The notes: generated from the sequence alone by a model not told the origin. A stretch of 64,000 bases of DNA from Laetmonice hystrix (GCA_965235115.1 OZ249436.1:4342001-4406000), one strand, 5' to 3'; positions 12,003-25,287 are shown, numbered from the stretch's first letter. Program-made: numbers and translations.

Positions 12003-13134
12003 GTCACGTGATTGTGCCATCCGTCCTGATTGGTCGGTCGAGGTGGGAGTGGGGTGTCACGTGATTGTGTCATCCGTCCTGATTGGTCGGTCGAGGTGGG
12101 AGTGGGGTGTCACGTGATTGTGTCATGCGTCCTGATTGGTCGGTCGAGGTGGGAGTGGGGTGTCACGTGATTGTGTCATGCGTCCTGATTGGTCGGTCGA
12201 GGTGGGAGTGGGGTGTCACGTGATTGTGCCATCCGTCCTGATTGGTCGGTCGGTCGAGGTGGGAGTGGGGTGTCACGTGATTGTGTCATCCGTCCTGATT
12301 GGTCGGTCGAGGTGGAAGTGGGGTGTCACGTGATTGTGCCATTCGTTCTGATTGGTCGGTCGAGGTGGGAGTGGGGTGTCACGTGATTGTGTCATCCGTC
12401 CTGATTGGTCGGTCGAGGTGGGAGTGGGGTGTCACGTGACTGTGCCATCCGTCCTGATTGGTCGGTCGGTCGAGGTGGGAGTGGGGTGTCACGTGATTGT
12501 GTCATCCGTCCTGATTGGTCGGTCGAGGTGAGAGTGGGGTGTCACGTGATTGTGCCATCCGTCCTGATTGGTCGGTCGAGGTGGGAGTGGGGTGTCACGT
12601 GATTGTGTCATCCGTCCTGATTGGTCGGTCGAGGTGGGAGTGGGGTGTCACGTGATTGTGTCATCCGTCCTGATTGGTCGGTCGAGGTGGGAGTGGGGTG
12701 TCACGTGATTGTGCCATTCGTTGTGATTGGTCGGTCGAGGTGGGAGTGGGGTGTCACGTGATTGTGCCATTCGTTGTGATTGGTCGGTCGAGGTGGGAGT
12801 GGGGTGTCACGTGATTGTGCCATCCGTCCTGATTGGTCGGTCGGTCGAGGTGGGAGTGGGGTGTCACGTGATTGTGTCATCCGTCCTGATTGGTCGGTCG
12901 AGGTGGGAGTGGGGTGTCACGTGATTGTGCCATTCGTCCTGATTGGTCGGTCGAGGTGGGAGTGGGGTGTCACGTGATTGTGCCATCCGTCCTGATTGGT
13001 CGGTCGGTCGAGGTGGGAGTGGGGTGTCACGTGATTGTGTCATCCGTCCTGATTGGTCGGTCGGTCGAGGTGGGAGTGGGGTGTCACGTGATTGTGCCAT
13101 CCGTCCTGATTGGTCGGTCGAGGTGGGAGTGGGG
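12003..13134. repeat. Tandem array, 53/57-bp unit, about 21 copies
   Basis: gtcacgtgattgtgccatccgtcctgattggtcggtcgaggtgggagtggggt. Confidence 0.95.
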
Positions 13135-13378
13135 TATAGAGATATCTGCGTGTTGGGGGTGGGGGGAGGGGTGAACGACCCCCTCAGCACCTCACAATTC
13201 GTCTCAATCACTGCCTGATTGCTATAGATCGCTGTTATCCCAAAGTTAACGTATAGGTATCATCAGGGTTGGATCCAGGTTTTCCTCAAGGGAGACCGAC
13301 ACCCACCGACTTTGTCAAGGGGGGGGGGGCGCCGCCATGCGCCGAAAAAAAACAGAAGGGGATGTGCTACTATTATTG

Positions 13379-13495
13379 CAGGCCCGTAATTTCCATTGAA
13401 TTATTGGGGGGAGGGGGGCTAGTCGAACAGAGTCTAATTGGTTCTCCCGAGTAAAATAGGCTAATTATTAGACAACCCCCGGAATTACGGCCCTG
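13379..13495. mobile_element. Small hAT-like MITE (117 bp)
   Basis: TIRs caggcccgtaatttcc and ggaattacggccctg; flanks tattattg and tattagat only partly match an 8-bp TSD. Confidence 0.55.
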
Positions 13496-13771
13496 TATTA
13501 GATTAATAAAAGTGTATGGATTGTGTATGATAGTAGTGGTAAAGAAGAGTGTGATTTTGGCATCGTATTTCATGACAAGTCTTAAGGACTGTTTGAAGGT
13601 GCATTAAAGTCGCTGAGACAAGCTGAGTGTGGCACCATCTTTACGACGCTGATCAAAGGAAATAGGCGGGAAACGGTACGGGTAGCTACGATCACAGCTC
13701 TGGTGGCACTGTCACATTGACACGAAAACTGGCTCCTGAGATAGTTCGGAAACGTCGTGTGTGGTACGTGA

Positions 13772-13807
13772 TTCTCCTCCTCCTCCTCCTCCTCCTCCTC
13801 CTCCTCC
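13772..13807. repeat. (CCT)n microsatellite
   Basis: About 11 units read directly. Confidence 0.9.
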
Positions 13808-13915
13808 GTCTTACTAACGTAGGTCGCCGTAACATCGCCGTCAAAGTCGTCAAATTTGCTGTTATTATGTATTGACTGGCCGTTTGGCGACGTCGCCGTT
13901 CGGCGAGGAATATTC

Positions 13916-14591
13916 TTAGTAACCGGGCCGCTGCTCCTCATACCCCTGCTGCTCCTGATCCTGCAGCTCCTGCTGCTCCTGATCCTGCAGCTCCTGCTGC
14001 TCCTGTTCCTGCAGCTCCTGGTCCTCCTGCTCCTCCTGCCGCTCCTGTTCCTGCAGCTCCTGCTGCTCCTGTTCCTGCAGCTCCTGCTCCTCCTGCGTCT
14101 CCTGCTGCTCCTGTTCCTGCAGCTCCTGCTCCTCCTGCGTCTCCTGCTGCTCCTGTTCCTGCAGCTCCTGGTCCTGCTGCTCCTGTTCCTGCAGCTCCTG
14201 GTCCTCCTGCGCCTCCTGCTGCTCCTGTTCCTGCAGCTCCTGGTCCTGCTGCGCCTCCTGCTGCTCCTGCTGCTGGTGCTCCTCCTGCTCCTGCTCCTCC
14301 TGCCCCTTCTGCTGCTCCTGTTGCTTCTGCTCCTCCTGCTCCTCATGCCCCTTCTGCTGCTCCTGTTGCTCTTGCTCCTGCTCATCCTCATCTACCTGTT
14401 CCTCCTGCTCCTGTAATATCTAGTATATCTAGTATAAGAATGCAGATCGTTTGGAAAGGACTGTACTGAGTGAAAGGTCCATAATAACCTGTGTACCAGT
14501 AAACTTTATCTCGACTTACCGTAACCGTGTATAGGGTCGTTATCATAAACCAGTAAACCACCGGCAATAGTTTTCTGGTCGTCCAGAACAT
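13916..14591 (-). CDS. Putative two-exon gene: signal-peptide-like exon (14591-14520) plus Gln/Glu-rich repeat exon (14410-13916), about 188 aa
   Basis: ATG 14591 reads MFWTTRKLLPVVYWFMITTLYTVT; donor ACG|GTAAGT; 109-nt intron; acceptor ttacAG|GAG; then a stop-free frame EQEEQVDEDEQEQEQQEQQKG...QELQEQEQQ...GYEEQRPGY*. Confidence 0.35.
13930..14413. repeat. Imperfect triplet-based CCT/GCT low-complexity repeat (about 480 bp)
   Basis: Repeating ctcctgctgctcctgttcctgcag blocks; it gives the poly-Leu and Arg/Ser ORFs in the track. Confidence 0.9.
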
Positions 14592-15118
14592 TACAGCAGC
14601 GGGGGATCAAGGTGGCAGCATAGTTTGTATCTTACGCCTGAGGAGATGTGTTAGTGATCGCGTCTTGTTTCTGGAAACAAATGTGCAAAAAGCATGAATG
14701 GACGAGGAAAGGGTGGTGGGGGTATTATTTTGTGTCAGCTGGTGGCTCCCACGGTATCTACTCGTATCGTCAAACGGTGGACGCCATTCGACCAACAGCG
14801 TAGATTTGTGCGATATTTTAAATACATTTTCATGTCTTGATCCTGTTTAGATCCTGTTTCTAATTTGACCTTTTGGCGCCTTCCTTTTCCCAAACTGTCG
14901 GCAGGGCAGTCCTATAATATTGATTGATCAGGGCCGGCGCGACAGGGGGGGGGGGGGGTAGAGGGGGTATTTACCCCCCAAAAATGTTTGTTGATGGTGC
15001 CCTTTTCTGGTTGATGGTGGCCTTTTTATAAGGAAGTGTCACCAAAGACGGGCATCACTACGATTGGGCATTGACCTCTAGGTGCCCTAATGGAATGTTA
15101 CCCCCCCCCCCCCCCAAC

Positions 15119-15640
15119 CGCATCGCGATTTTCCTTGCGATGCGGCAGTCGCAGAGCCTATGCGTCTCCCAGACGCAACGCAGTCAGTGGACAAGGCATT
15201 CGCATCGTCGCAGCGGTGGTGCGTTGCGTAGACGCAGAGATGTGCGGTGGCTTGCGGCAATATCAGAAAGTTTTGATATTACCGCATTCATATGCGACGG
15301 CCGCAAGCAAAAAATTTCGATTTTCGATTAACGTCGTCGTGTGACTATGCAGGCAGCAAGAGCAGCTGCAGCGGTTACCACCACGAGTTTGTCGCGTTTC
15401 TCCATGATGGCGGATGGACTTATGAGCATGTGACGTTCACGTGATCAAACGTATAGGCGCCAAATTTAAAAATGAAAATCTGTGCTGCCACCCATGATCG
15501 CACGCACGCAAGGTAGCAATGGACAAGGGCTTCACAAGTGTGTGCGGGCGTCTAACAGACGCACTGATAACTGTCTGCGGCAAAATAATCGCATCGCAAG
15601 AGCGCCGCCCGCAAGCAAATTCAGTGGACAAGGCCCTTTA
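15119..15640. mobile_element. Probable Harbinger-like MITE fragment (right end GTGGACAAGGCCCT-TTA)
   Basis: CpG-rich; recurrent tggacaagg and cgcatcg subterminal motifs; left TIR not found. Confidence 0.35.
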
Positions 15641-16772
15641 GCATTTGATTTGAATCCGGGCGAATCCCATCGGTAACCAGACTCTCCGAGTTTTGTGTTT
15701 TAAAGTATTCATTAAACCTATTGGCGACCGCGAGACAGGGGGAATACGGTATAGGCCTACCACTTCAAGGACCGCGAGACGGGGGAAATACGGTATAGGC
15801 CTAGGCCTACCACTTCAAGGTGGGAGGATCAAGGAAGGAGAATTCATCAGATTTCTCACGCGTAATTACAGACGTACATGAAGATTAAGTGCACCATATT
15901 CGATACATTAGGTGCACCAGTGGTACACCGACCGTTAGATCTCGTTCTTCATATCTTGTCGTCTGTACTTGAGGTCTATATCTTAGGTCTGTACTTAGGT
16001 CCCAGGGATCTCAGTTATAATTGCTTTTGTTCCATATCGATCCTGGTGCTGAGGTAAAGCCTGTTGATGTGTACACCGTTCTCTATAATGGCCTCGAGTA
16101 TTTCGATCCTCAGGTTGTTCTGTGCCCTACTGTCGCCAGGATTACGGCCGGTCCGTTGGCACTGATTTTGGTGGTCAATACTAACAACCTTTTGTGTCTG
16201 CCTGATGTCTGAGTCCTGAATCCTTCTGAAGGGTACTGCCGTGGGGTTCCAAGATATCGCGCGGTGTGTATCTAGTGACTGAAGACAGGAAGGGGCCAAA
16301 GCGTTCATTAACTGTGTCAAGAGTCCGACACAGCCTGACTCGCCTGACTGCATGAGAAGACGGAGATTTACTTGATTAATTCCCGGTCTAAGGATTGCAT
16401 CCTCAATGGTATAATTTCTATGAAATTAAAAAGGTATTTTATATAAAAGGGGTGTTTAAAGGTTACCACGGGCAACCATATGTTTCAAGACGTCGTTTTA
16501 ATTGCTGTGCGCGTTAAGAATACGTCAGGTTTCTCATGATGGAATCCCTTGTTGTAATGATATTTTAAAAAAGAATTAATGAATGGGTTAGACCCTGTCA
16601 ATTATAATTAATCTCCAAAATGCCCTTGTAACTTAAGGATTAAGTTTAAATCAGAGCTTCAAGGTTTCGTAGACAGTTGGGCGGAAGTGACGAGAGGCAG
16701 GCAGGGGTTGCTGGGATGGACGACTTCCGGTGACTCAGATTTCGGACTGGGTCTAGTTGCAGGACGACGTGT

Positions 16773-19518
16773 TGATATCGTAAGCCACGTTTGTACCTGG
16801 CTCTATCACACACAGCGGAACATCTCATAGACAGGGCCCTCACTGATATCGTAGGTCATGTTTGTATCACACACAGCGGAACATCTCATAGACAGGGCCC
16901 TCACTGATATCGTAGGTCACGTTTGTACCTGGCTCTATCACACACAGCGGAACATCTCATAGACAGGGCCCTCACTGATATCGTAGGCCATGTTTGTACC
17001 TGGCTCTATCACACACAGCGGAACATCTCATAGACAGGGCCCGCACTGATATCGTAGGCCACGTTTGTACCTGGCGCTATCACACACAGCGGAACATCTC
17101 ATAGACAGGGCCCGCACTGATATCGTAGGTCACGTTTGTACCTGGCTCTATCACACACAGCGGAACATCTCATAGACAGGGGCCCCACTGATATCGTAGG
17201 TCACGTTTGTACCTGGCTCTATCACACACAGCGGAACATCTCATAGACAGGGCCCTCACTGATATCGTAGGCCATGTTTGTATCACACACAGCGGAACAT
17301 CTCATAGACAGGGCCCTCACTGATATCATAGGCCATGTTTGTACCTGGCTCTATCACACACAGCGGAACATCTCATAGACAGGGCCCTCACTGATATCGT
17401 AGGCCATGTTTGTATCACACACAGCGGAACATCTCATAGACAGGGCCCTCACTGATATCGTAGGCCATGTTTGTATCACACACAGCGGAACATCTCATAG
17501 ACAGGGCCCTCACTGATATCGTAGGCCATGTTTGTATCACACACAGCGGAACATCTCATAGACAGGGCCCTCACTGATATCGTAGGCCATGTTTGTATCA
17601 CACACAGCGGAACATCTCATAGACAGGGCCCTCACTGATATCGTAGGCCTGTTTGTATCACACACAGCGGAACATCTCATAGACAGGGTCCTCACTGATA
17701 TCATAGGTCACGTTTGTACCTGGCTCTATCACACACAGCGGAACATCTCATAGACAGGGCCCTCACTGATATCGTAGGTCATGTTTGTATCACACACAGC
17801 GGAACATCTCATAGACAGGGCCCTCACTGATATCGTAGGCCATGTTTGTATCACACACAGCGGAACATCTCATAGACAGGGTCCTCACTGATATCATAGG
17901 TCATGTTTGTACCTGGCTCTATCACACACAGCGGAACATCTCATAGACAGGGTCCTCACTGATATCATAGGTCATGTTTGTACCTGGCTCTATCACACAC
18001 AGCGGAACATCTCATAGACAGGGCCCGCACTGATATCGTAGGCCATGTTTGTATCACACACAGCGGAACATCTCATAGACAGGGCCCGCACTGATATCGT
18101 AGGCCATGTTTGTATCACACACAGCGGAACATCTCATAGACAGGGCCCGCACTCATATCGTAGGCCATGTTTGTACCTGGCTCTATCACACACAGCGGAA
18201 CATCTCATAGACAGGGCCCTCACTGATATCGTAGGCCATGTTTGTATCACACACAGCGGAACATCTCATAGACAGGGCCCTCACTGATATCGTAGGCCAT
18301 GTTTGTATCACACACAGCGGAACATCTCATAGACAGGGCCCTCACTGATATCGTAGGTTATGTTTGTATCACACACAGCGGAACATCTCATAGACAGGGC
18401 CCGCACTGATATCGTAGGTCACGTTTGTATCTGGCTCTATCACACACAGCGGAACATCTCATAGACAGGGCCATCACTGATATCGTAGGTCACGTTTGTA
18501 CCTGGCGCTATCACACACAGCGGAACATCTCATAGACAGGGCCCGCACTGATATCGTAGGCCATGTTTGTATCACACACAGCGGAACATCTCATAGACAG
18601 GGCCCTCACTGATATCGTAGGTCACGTTTGTACCTGGCTCTATCACACACAGCGGAACATCTCATAGACAGGGCCCTCACTGATATCGTAGGCCACGTTT
18701 GTACCTGGCTCTATCACACACAGCGGAACATCTCATAGACAGGGCCCTCACTGATATCGTAGGCCATGTTTGTATCACACACAGCGGAACATCTCATAGA
18801 CAGGGCCCTCAGTGATATCGTAGGCCATGTTTGTATCACACACAGCGGAACATCTCATAGACAGGGCCCTCACTGATATCGTAGGCCATGTTTGTATCAC
18901 ACACAGCGGAACATCTCATAGACAGGGCCCTCACTGATATCGTAGGTCATGTTTGTATCACACACAGCGGAACATCTCATAGACAGGGCCCTAGCTGATA
19001 TCGTAGGTCATGTTTGTATCACACACAGCGGAACATCTCATAGACAGGGCCCTCACTGATATCGTAGGTCATGTTTGTATCACACACAGCGGAACATCTC
19101 ATAGACAGGGCCCTCACTGATATCGTAGGTCACGTTTGTACCTGGCTCTATCACACACAGCGGAACATCTCATAGACAGGGCCCTCACTGATATCGTAGG
19201 CCATGTTTGTACCTGGCTCTATCACACACAGCGGAACATCTCATAGACAGGGCCCTCACTGATATAGTCGGCCATGTTTGTATCACACACAGCGGAACAT
19301 CTCATAGACAGGGCCCTCACTGATATCGTAGGTCATGTTTGTATCACACACAGCGGAACATCTCATAGACAGGGCCCTCACTGATATAGTCGGCCATGTT
19401 TGTATCACACACAGCGGAACATCTCATAGACAGGGCCCCCACTGATATCGTAGGCCATGTTTGTACCTGGCTCTATCACACACAGCGGAACATCTCAAAG
19501 ACAGGGCCCGCACTCATA
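16773..19518. repeat. Tandem array, 61/71-bp units, about 42 copies
   Basis: tgatatcgtaggccatgtttgta(cctggctcta)tcacacacagcggaacatctcatagacagggccctcac. Confidence 0.96.
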
Positions 19519-19767
19519 TTTTTTGTATCTAACTTAAGTGATATAACTGAATTAGTTGGAAAGCCCCAGCTGTAAATCCTGCGTACTTAAATCACTATAA
19601 GTCGATCAATTGTTTTCATGAGAAGTTTATTCTGCAGCGATTTATCTTAATATGCACATACAAACATGACATATTGGTTTTTATCTTGATTCCCACACAT
19701 TGTCGGGATGTAATGCCCATATTGATTAAGTCACAGAGAAAGAAGCCTCTGTTAGTTTTAACCTAGA

Positions 19768-21763
19768 ACGATACCTGGTATGGTGCTGCATGTACACTGG
19801 TATATACCTAACGATACCTGGTATGGTGCTGCCTGTAACACTGGTATATACCTGACGATACCTGGTATGGTGCTGCATGTACACTGGTATATACCTGACG
19901 ATACCTGGTATGGTGCGGCATGTACACTGGTATATACCTGACGATACCTGGTATGGTGCTGCATGTACACTGGTATATACCTGATGATACCTGGTATGGT
20001 GCTGCATGTACACTGGTATATACCTAACGATACCTGGTATGGTGCTGCATGTAACACTGGTATATACCTGACGATACCTGGTATGGTGCTGCATGTACAC
20101 TGGTATATACCTGACGATACCTGGTATGGTGCTGCATGTAACACTGGTATATACCTGACGATACCTGGTATGGTGCTGTATGTACACTGGTATACCTGAC
20201 GATACCTGGTATGGTGCTGCATGTACACTGGTATATACCTGACGATACCTGGTATGGTGCTGCATGTACACTGGTATATACCTGACGATACCTGGTATGG
20301 TGCTGCATGTAACACTGGTATACCTGACGATACCTGGTATGGTGCTGCATGTACACTGGTATACCTGACGATACCTGGTATGGTGCTGCATGTACACTGG
20401 TATATACCTGACGATACCTGGTATGGTGCTGCATGTAACACTGGTATACCTGACGATACCTGGTATGGTGCTGCATGTACACTGGTATATGCCTGACGAT
20501 ACCTGGTATGGTGCTGCATGTACACTGGTATATACCTGACGATACCTGGTATGGTGCTGCATGTAACACTGGTATATACCTGACGATACCTGGTATGGTG
20601 CTGCATGTACACTGGTATACCTGACGATACCTGGTATGGTGCTGCATGTACACTGGTATACCTGACGATACCTGGTATGGCGCTGCATGTAACACTGGTA
20701 TATACCTGACGATACCTGGTATGGTGCTGTAACACTGGTATACCTGACGATACCTGGTATGGTGCTGCATGTACACTGGTATACCTGACGATACCTGGTA
20801 TGGTGCTGCATGTAACACTGGTATATACCTGACGATACCTGGTATGGTGCTGCATGTAACACTGGTATATACCTGACGATACCTGGTATGGTGCTGCATG
20901 TAACACTGGTATATACCTGACGATACCTGGTATGGTGCTGCATGTACACTGGTATACCTGACGATACCTGGTATGGTGCTGCATGTACACTGGTATACCT
21001 GACGATACCTGGTATGGCGCTGCATGTAACACTGGTATATACCTGACGATACCTGGTATGGTGCTGTAACACTGGTATACCTGACGATACCTGGTATGGT
21101 GCTGCATGTACACTGGTATACCTGACGATACCTGGTATGGTGCTGCATGTAACACTGGTATATACCTGACGATACCTGGTATGGTGCTGCATGTAACACT
21201 GGTATATACCTGACGATACCTGGTATGGTGCTGCATGTAACACTGGTATACCTAACGATACCTGGTATGGTGCTACATGTAACACTGGTATATACCTGAC
21301 GATACCTGGTATGGTGCTACATGTACACTGGTATACCTGACGATACCTGGTATGGTGCTGCATGTACACTGGTATATACCTGACGATACCTGGTATGGTG
21401 CTGCATGTACACTGGTATATACCTGACGATACCTGGTATGGTGCTGCATGTACACTGGTATATACCTGACGATACCTGGTATGGTGCTGCATGTACACTG
21501 GTATATACCTGACGATACCTGGTATGGTGCTACATGTACACTGGTATATACCTGACGATACCTGGTATGGTGCTGCCTGTAACACTGGTATATACCTGAC
21601 GATACCTGGTATGGTGCTACATGTACACTGGTATATACCTGACGATACCTGGTATGGTGCTACATGTACACTGGTATATACCTGACGATACCTGGTATGG
21701 TGCTACATGTACACTGGTATATACCTGACGATACCTGGTATGGTGCTGCATGTACACTGGTAT
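19768..21763. repeat. Tandem array, 41-44-bp units, about 47 copies
   Basis: acgatacctggtatggtgctgcatgtacactggtatatacctg. Confidence 0.96.
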
Positions 21764-23105
21764 TTATTTCCATACACATGAGGACTTGATGGTGGCAGTT
21801 ATCCTGCTGCATTCACCAAACCTCTGTTGTATTTGTAGGTCGGGGAACCGTAACTGGTGGTTAGGATTAGGTTTGAAGCCAGCAATAATGATAAATTTTG
21901 TAGACCATGCCCGTAGATTTGATGTAGATTTTACCATGGGGAGAGTAGACGTTAACTGACATATGATATTCTATCAATGATAGGCAAGCGCTCACTCCGT
22001 CATGATCGTGTTTCCTGATGCTTGCTAGCGCCACCTGGTGACAGGACTGTGCGATTACCGCGTCTATAATTATTTCACTTGGCTACATTACGCTATCAAC
22101 CTACAGGTACAGTGTTAACCAGATTACACTTGTCTTAGATCAAATGATATTACGGTGGGAGAGAAATGTGCTAAAATCTATTGCAAGCTGAATGTCGTGA
22201 AAATCGCTGATGATACGTCTGTACGATAGTGCCAATAGTTTTTAATGTGTCTAAACTATCTAGAAGCAAGCGATACTCTTTTGAAAATCCACTTTTGTGG
22301 TTTTGGTTCTAACATGCCCCTTTAATACTGCGTCCATATCGGGTAACATTCAGGGTTCTTGTGCAGGGTTAATATCAATGGTGGTAAAATCCAATTTTCG
22401 TTAAGAACAGTTGCCAGCAAAGTTTGCATGACGTCTCCGTGCGTGTGTAAAATGATAAAATCAGATGGCCACGGCTTACCGTTACATGTTGGATTCCGCA
22501 GCTGAGATCAAACTTTCCCCCAACAACAGAAACAGTTTGAGTAATACAGTTATCATGCACGGTTACATAACGAAAAACGATTACGAATACGATTATGAAC
22601 CAGCTTTGAAATGTCTTAACACTTGTACATACAACGAACCAGTTTAAGAACAAAAATGCAAAGCAGTATCATAGATTAAACGTATCTATTTTTAGCGCTT
22701 CCTTGGCAGTTTTTGTCGATAAATCGCAGCGATTGCCAGTGTAGTGCTGTACGAAGTGATGCTGTATGAGACACAGCGTCACACGCACAGGTTTGGGGTT
22801 ATTTTAAAGGTGTGGAGGAGTAGGTGCAGTAACATAATGCCTGTCAGTCTAATAATAGAGACATGGATCACCTGCAGTATTGATATGAGCACAACTTTGA
22901 TGTACATTTTGTACACAGAGACAGACTATTGAAACTCCATGTCAATCTGCATAACCTTGTCGGTAGGTGGCGCTGTCTCTCACAAACCCGTTTTTTCTGG
23001 TCTCGAGATATCATCAGTTACTGCAGAGAATTACTGTACCAAATAATTCTAACAAAATAAAATGTTTGACACGACATTTCACTGAAAGAAAATAGTAATA
23101 AAAAC

Positions 23106-23260
23106 ATGAGAATGCAGCGTCATGTATTAACATTGAATCACGTGACGTGCTATTAGCCAATCGCCAGGAGTGACACACAAAGTATGAGAATGCAGCGTCA
23201 TGTATTAACATTGAACCACGTGACCTGTTATTAGCCAATCGCCAGGAGTGACACAAAGTA
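23106..23260. repeat. 78-bp tandem duplication containing CACGTG and CCAAT
   Basis: Copies start at 23106 and 23184. Confidence 0.85.
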
Positions 23261-24036
23261 AAATCAACTTTTGGTTGAGGAAGAAATACAAACTGTCGAT
23301 CTGTGAAAGGTCTCTCACAATTAGTCCATGTAACGTGATTCTACCTCGAGCCTAAATGTACAGGGCCCGCAGGAAATACAGGAAATAATCGCATAATCGC
23401 AAGGCGACAGCCAGACATTGTAATACCAGTTGTCTGTCTCTCATACATCCACATCCTGGTATTGTGGCTGGTTTAGTAAAAGATTCATTGGTTGGTTTCA
23501 TAAGCGAATATGTATGATATTCTGAAAGGGAACGTTTTAAAGGAGGATTTACCGTTGATTATATTTTTTTCAAGATAGGTAAGACGGTTATAATAATATA
23601 GAAGATTTACTACTTCATTGTTTAGGCATTGTTTAGAACACGCCAGCAGGTCAAGGTCAGAACTAGCGGCGTCATACATCGGGCGGTTACACGTTAATTA
23701 CTTCATTCAGACAACGTAATTTTGGCATTTATTGCCCTGAGGTAAAAGCTGGTGTTTCATTTGTTCTACGAAACCTTATTTTCCGTGTGGGTTTTCCATC
23801 CCTTTAATCTTAGATTGCCAGGCTCAGAGTTTTCTTCATGAACCGCTAAAGTTCTTATTTTCATTCTCATACCTCCAGTCTTACAGTCATCTCCCGGGGA
23901 GAAATGTGAACTCAAAGATAGACTTGACGCAGGTTAATACGTTGTCGTCACTGTCACTATAAGCTGGAGGTACCCAAGTGATAAATATACCTGCACTAAC
24001 TGTAGCTATGTGAATCAATTAGTGTGTGAAGTCGGC

Positions 24037-25034
24037 CTCACACACCTGAACCAGGGGTTGAAGTCTCACACACCTGAACCAGGGGTTGAAGTCTCACACA
24101 CCTGAACCAGGGGTTGAAGTCTCACACACCTGAACCAGGGGTTGAAGTCTCACACACCTGAACCAGGGGTTGAAGTCACACACACCTGAACCAGGGGTTG
24201 AAGTCTCACACACCTACCAGGGGTTGAAGTCTCACACACCTGAACCAGGGGTTGAAGTCTCACACACCTGAACCAGGGGTTGAAGTCTCACACACCTGAA
24301 CCAGGGGTTGAAGTCTCACACACCTGAACCAGGGCTTGAAGTCACACACCTGAACCAGGGGTTGAAGCCTCACACACCTGAACCAGGGGTCGAAGTCTCA
24401 CACACCTGAACCAGGGGTTGAAGTCTCACACACCTGAACCAGGGGTTGAAGTCACACACCTGAACCAGGGGTTGAAGCCTCACACACCTGAACCAGGGGT
24501 CGAAGTCTCACACACCTGAACCAGGGGTTGAAGTCTCACACACCTGAACCAGGGGTTGAAGTCTCACACACCTGAACCAGGGCTTGAAGCCTCACACACC
24601 TGAACCAGGGGTTGAAGTCTCACACACCTGAACCAGGGGTTGAAGTCTCACACACCTGAACCAGGGGTTGAAGTCTCACACACCTGAACCAGGGCTTGAA
24701 GTCTCACACACCTGAACCAAGGCTTGAAGTCTCACACACCTGAACCAGGGGCTGAAGTCTCACACACCTGAACCAGGGCTTGAAGTCTCACACACCTGAA
24801 CCAAGGCTTGAAGTCTCACACACCTGAACCAGCGGTTGAAGTCTCACACACCTGAACCAGGGCTTGAAGTCTCACACACCTGAACCAGGGCTTAAAGCCT
24901 CACACACCTGAACCAGGGGTCGAAGTCTCACACACTTGAACCAGGGGTTGAAGTCTCACACACCTGAACCAGAGGTTGAAGTCTCACACACCTGAACCAG
25001 GGGTTGAAGTCTCACACACCTGAACCAGGGGTTG
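24037..25034. repeat. Tandem array, 28-bp unit, about 36 copies
   Basis: ctcacacacctgaaccaggggttgaagt. Confidence 0.96.
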
Positions 25035-25162
25035 TATTACCAGTACTCTCAGTGACATCGGTACGACCAGGCTATGGGACGATAGAGGACGCCACTGGTA
25101 CCGCTCAGACACACTACATGGGTACTAATGGCCAATCAATGACAACATCCAGTAGAGCGGTG

Positions 25163-25287
25163 CAGGGGCGGATCTAGGGTCTATATTCAGGGGCGGGCGG
25201 CCCAGCATTTTGGTTGTAAAGAGGCAGCCTGGAGAAATTTAAGGAGGGGGGGTTCCGGACGTCGCCAACCCCTTGGGTCCGCCACTG
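25163..25287. mobile_element. Small hAT-like MITE
   Basis: Imperfect TIRs caggggcggatct and gggtccgccactg; no clear TSD. Confidence 0.45.

Noticed and set aside
13582..14416. Protamine-like Arg/Ser ORF (-) and poly-Leu ORF (+)
   Set aside because: Alternative readings of the same triplet repeat. The Gln/Glu frame has splice support; the Ala/Pro frame lacks a start.
16015..16130. EILEAIIENGVHIN as an ankyrin repeat
   Set aside because: Only a half-motif, with no TPLH-type segment or neighbouring repeats.
19726..21585. 619-, 492- and 391-aa ORFs
   Set aside because: Translations of the 41-44-bp array in several frames, with no unique domain.
21767..21800. HTHEDLMVA resembling YTDQDLMVA at about 54980
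   Set aside because: Too short, and the similarity does not extend.
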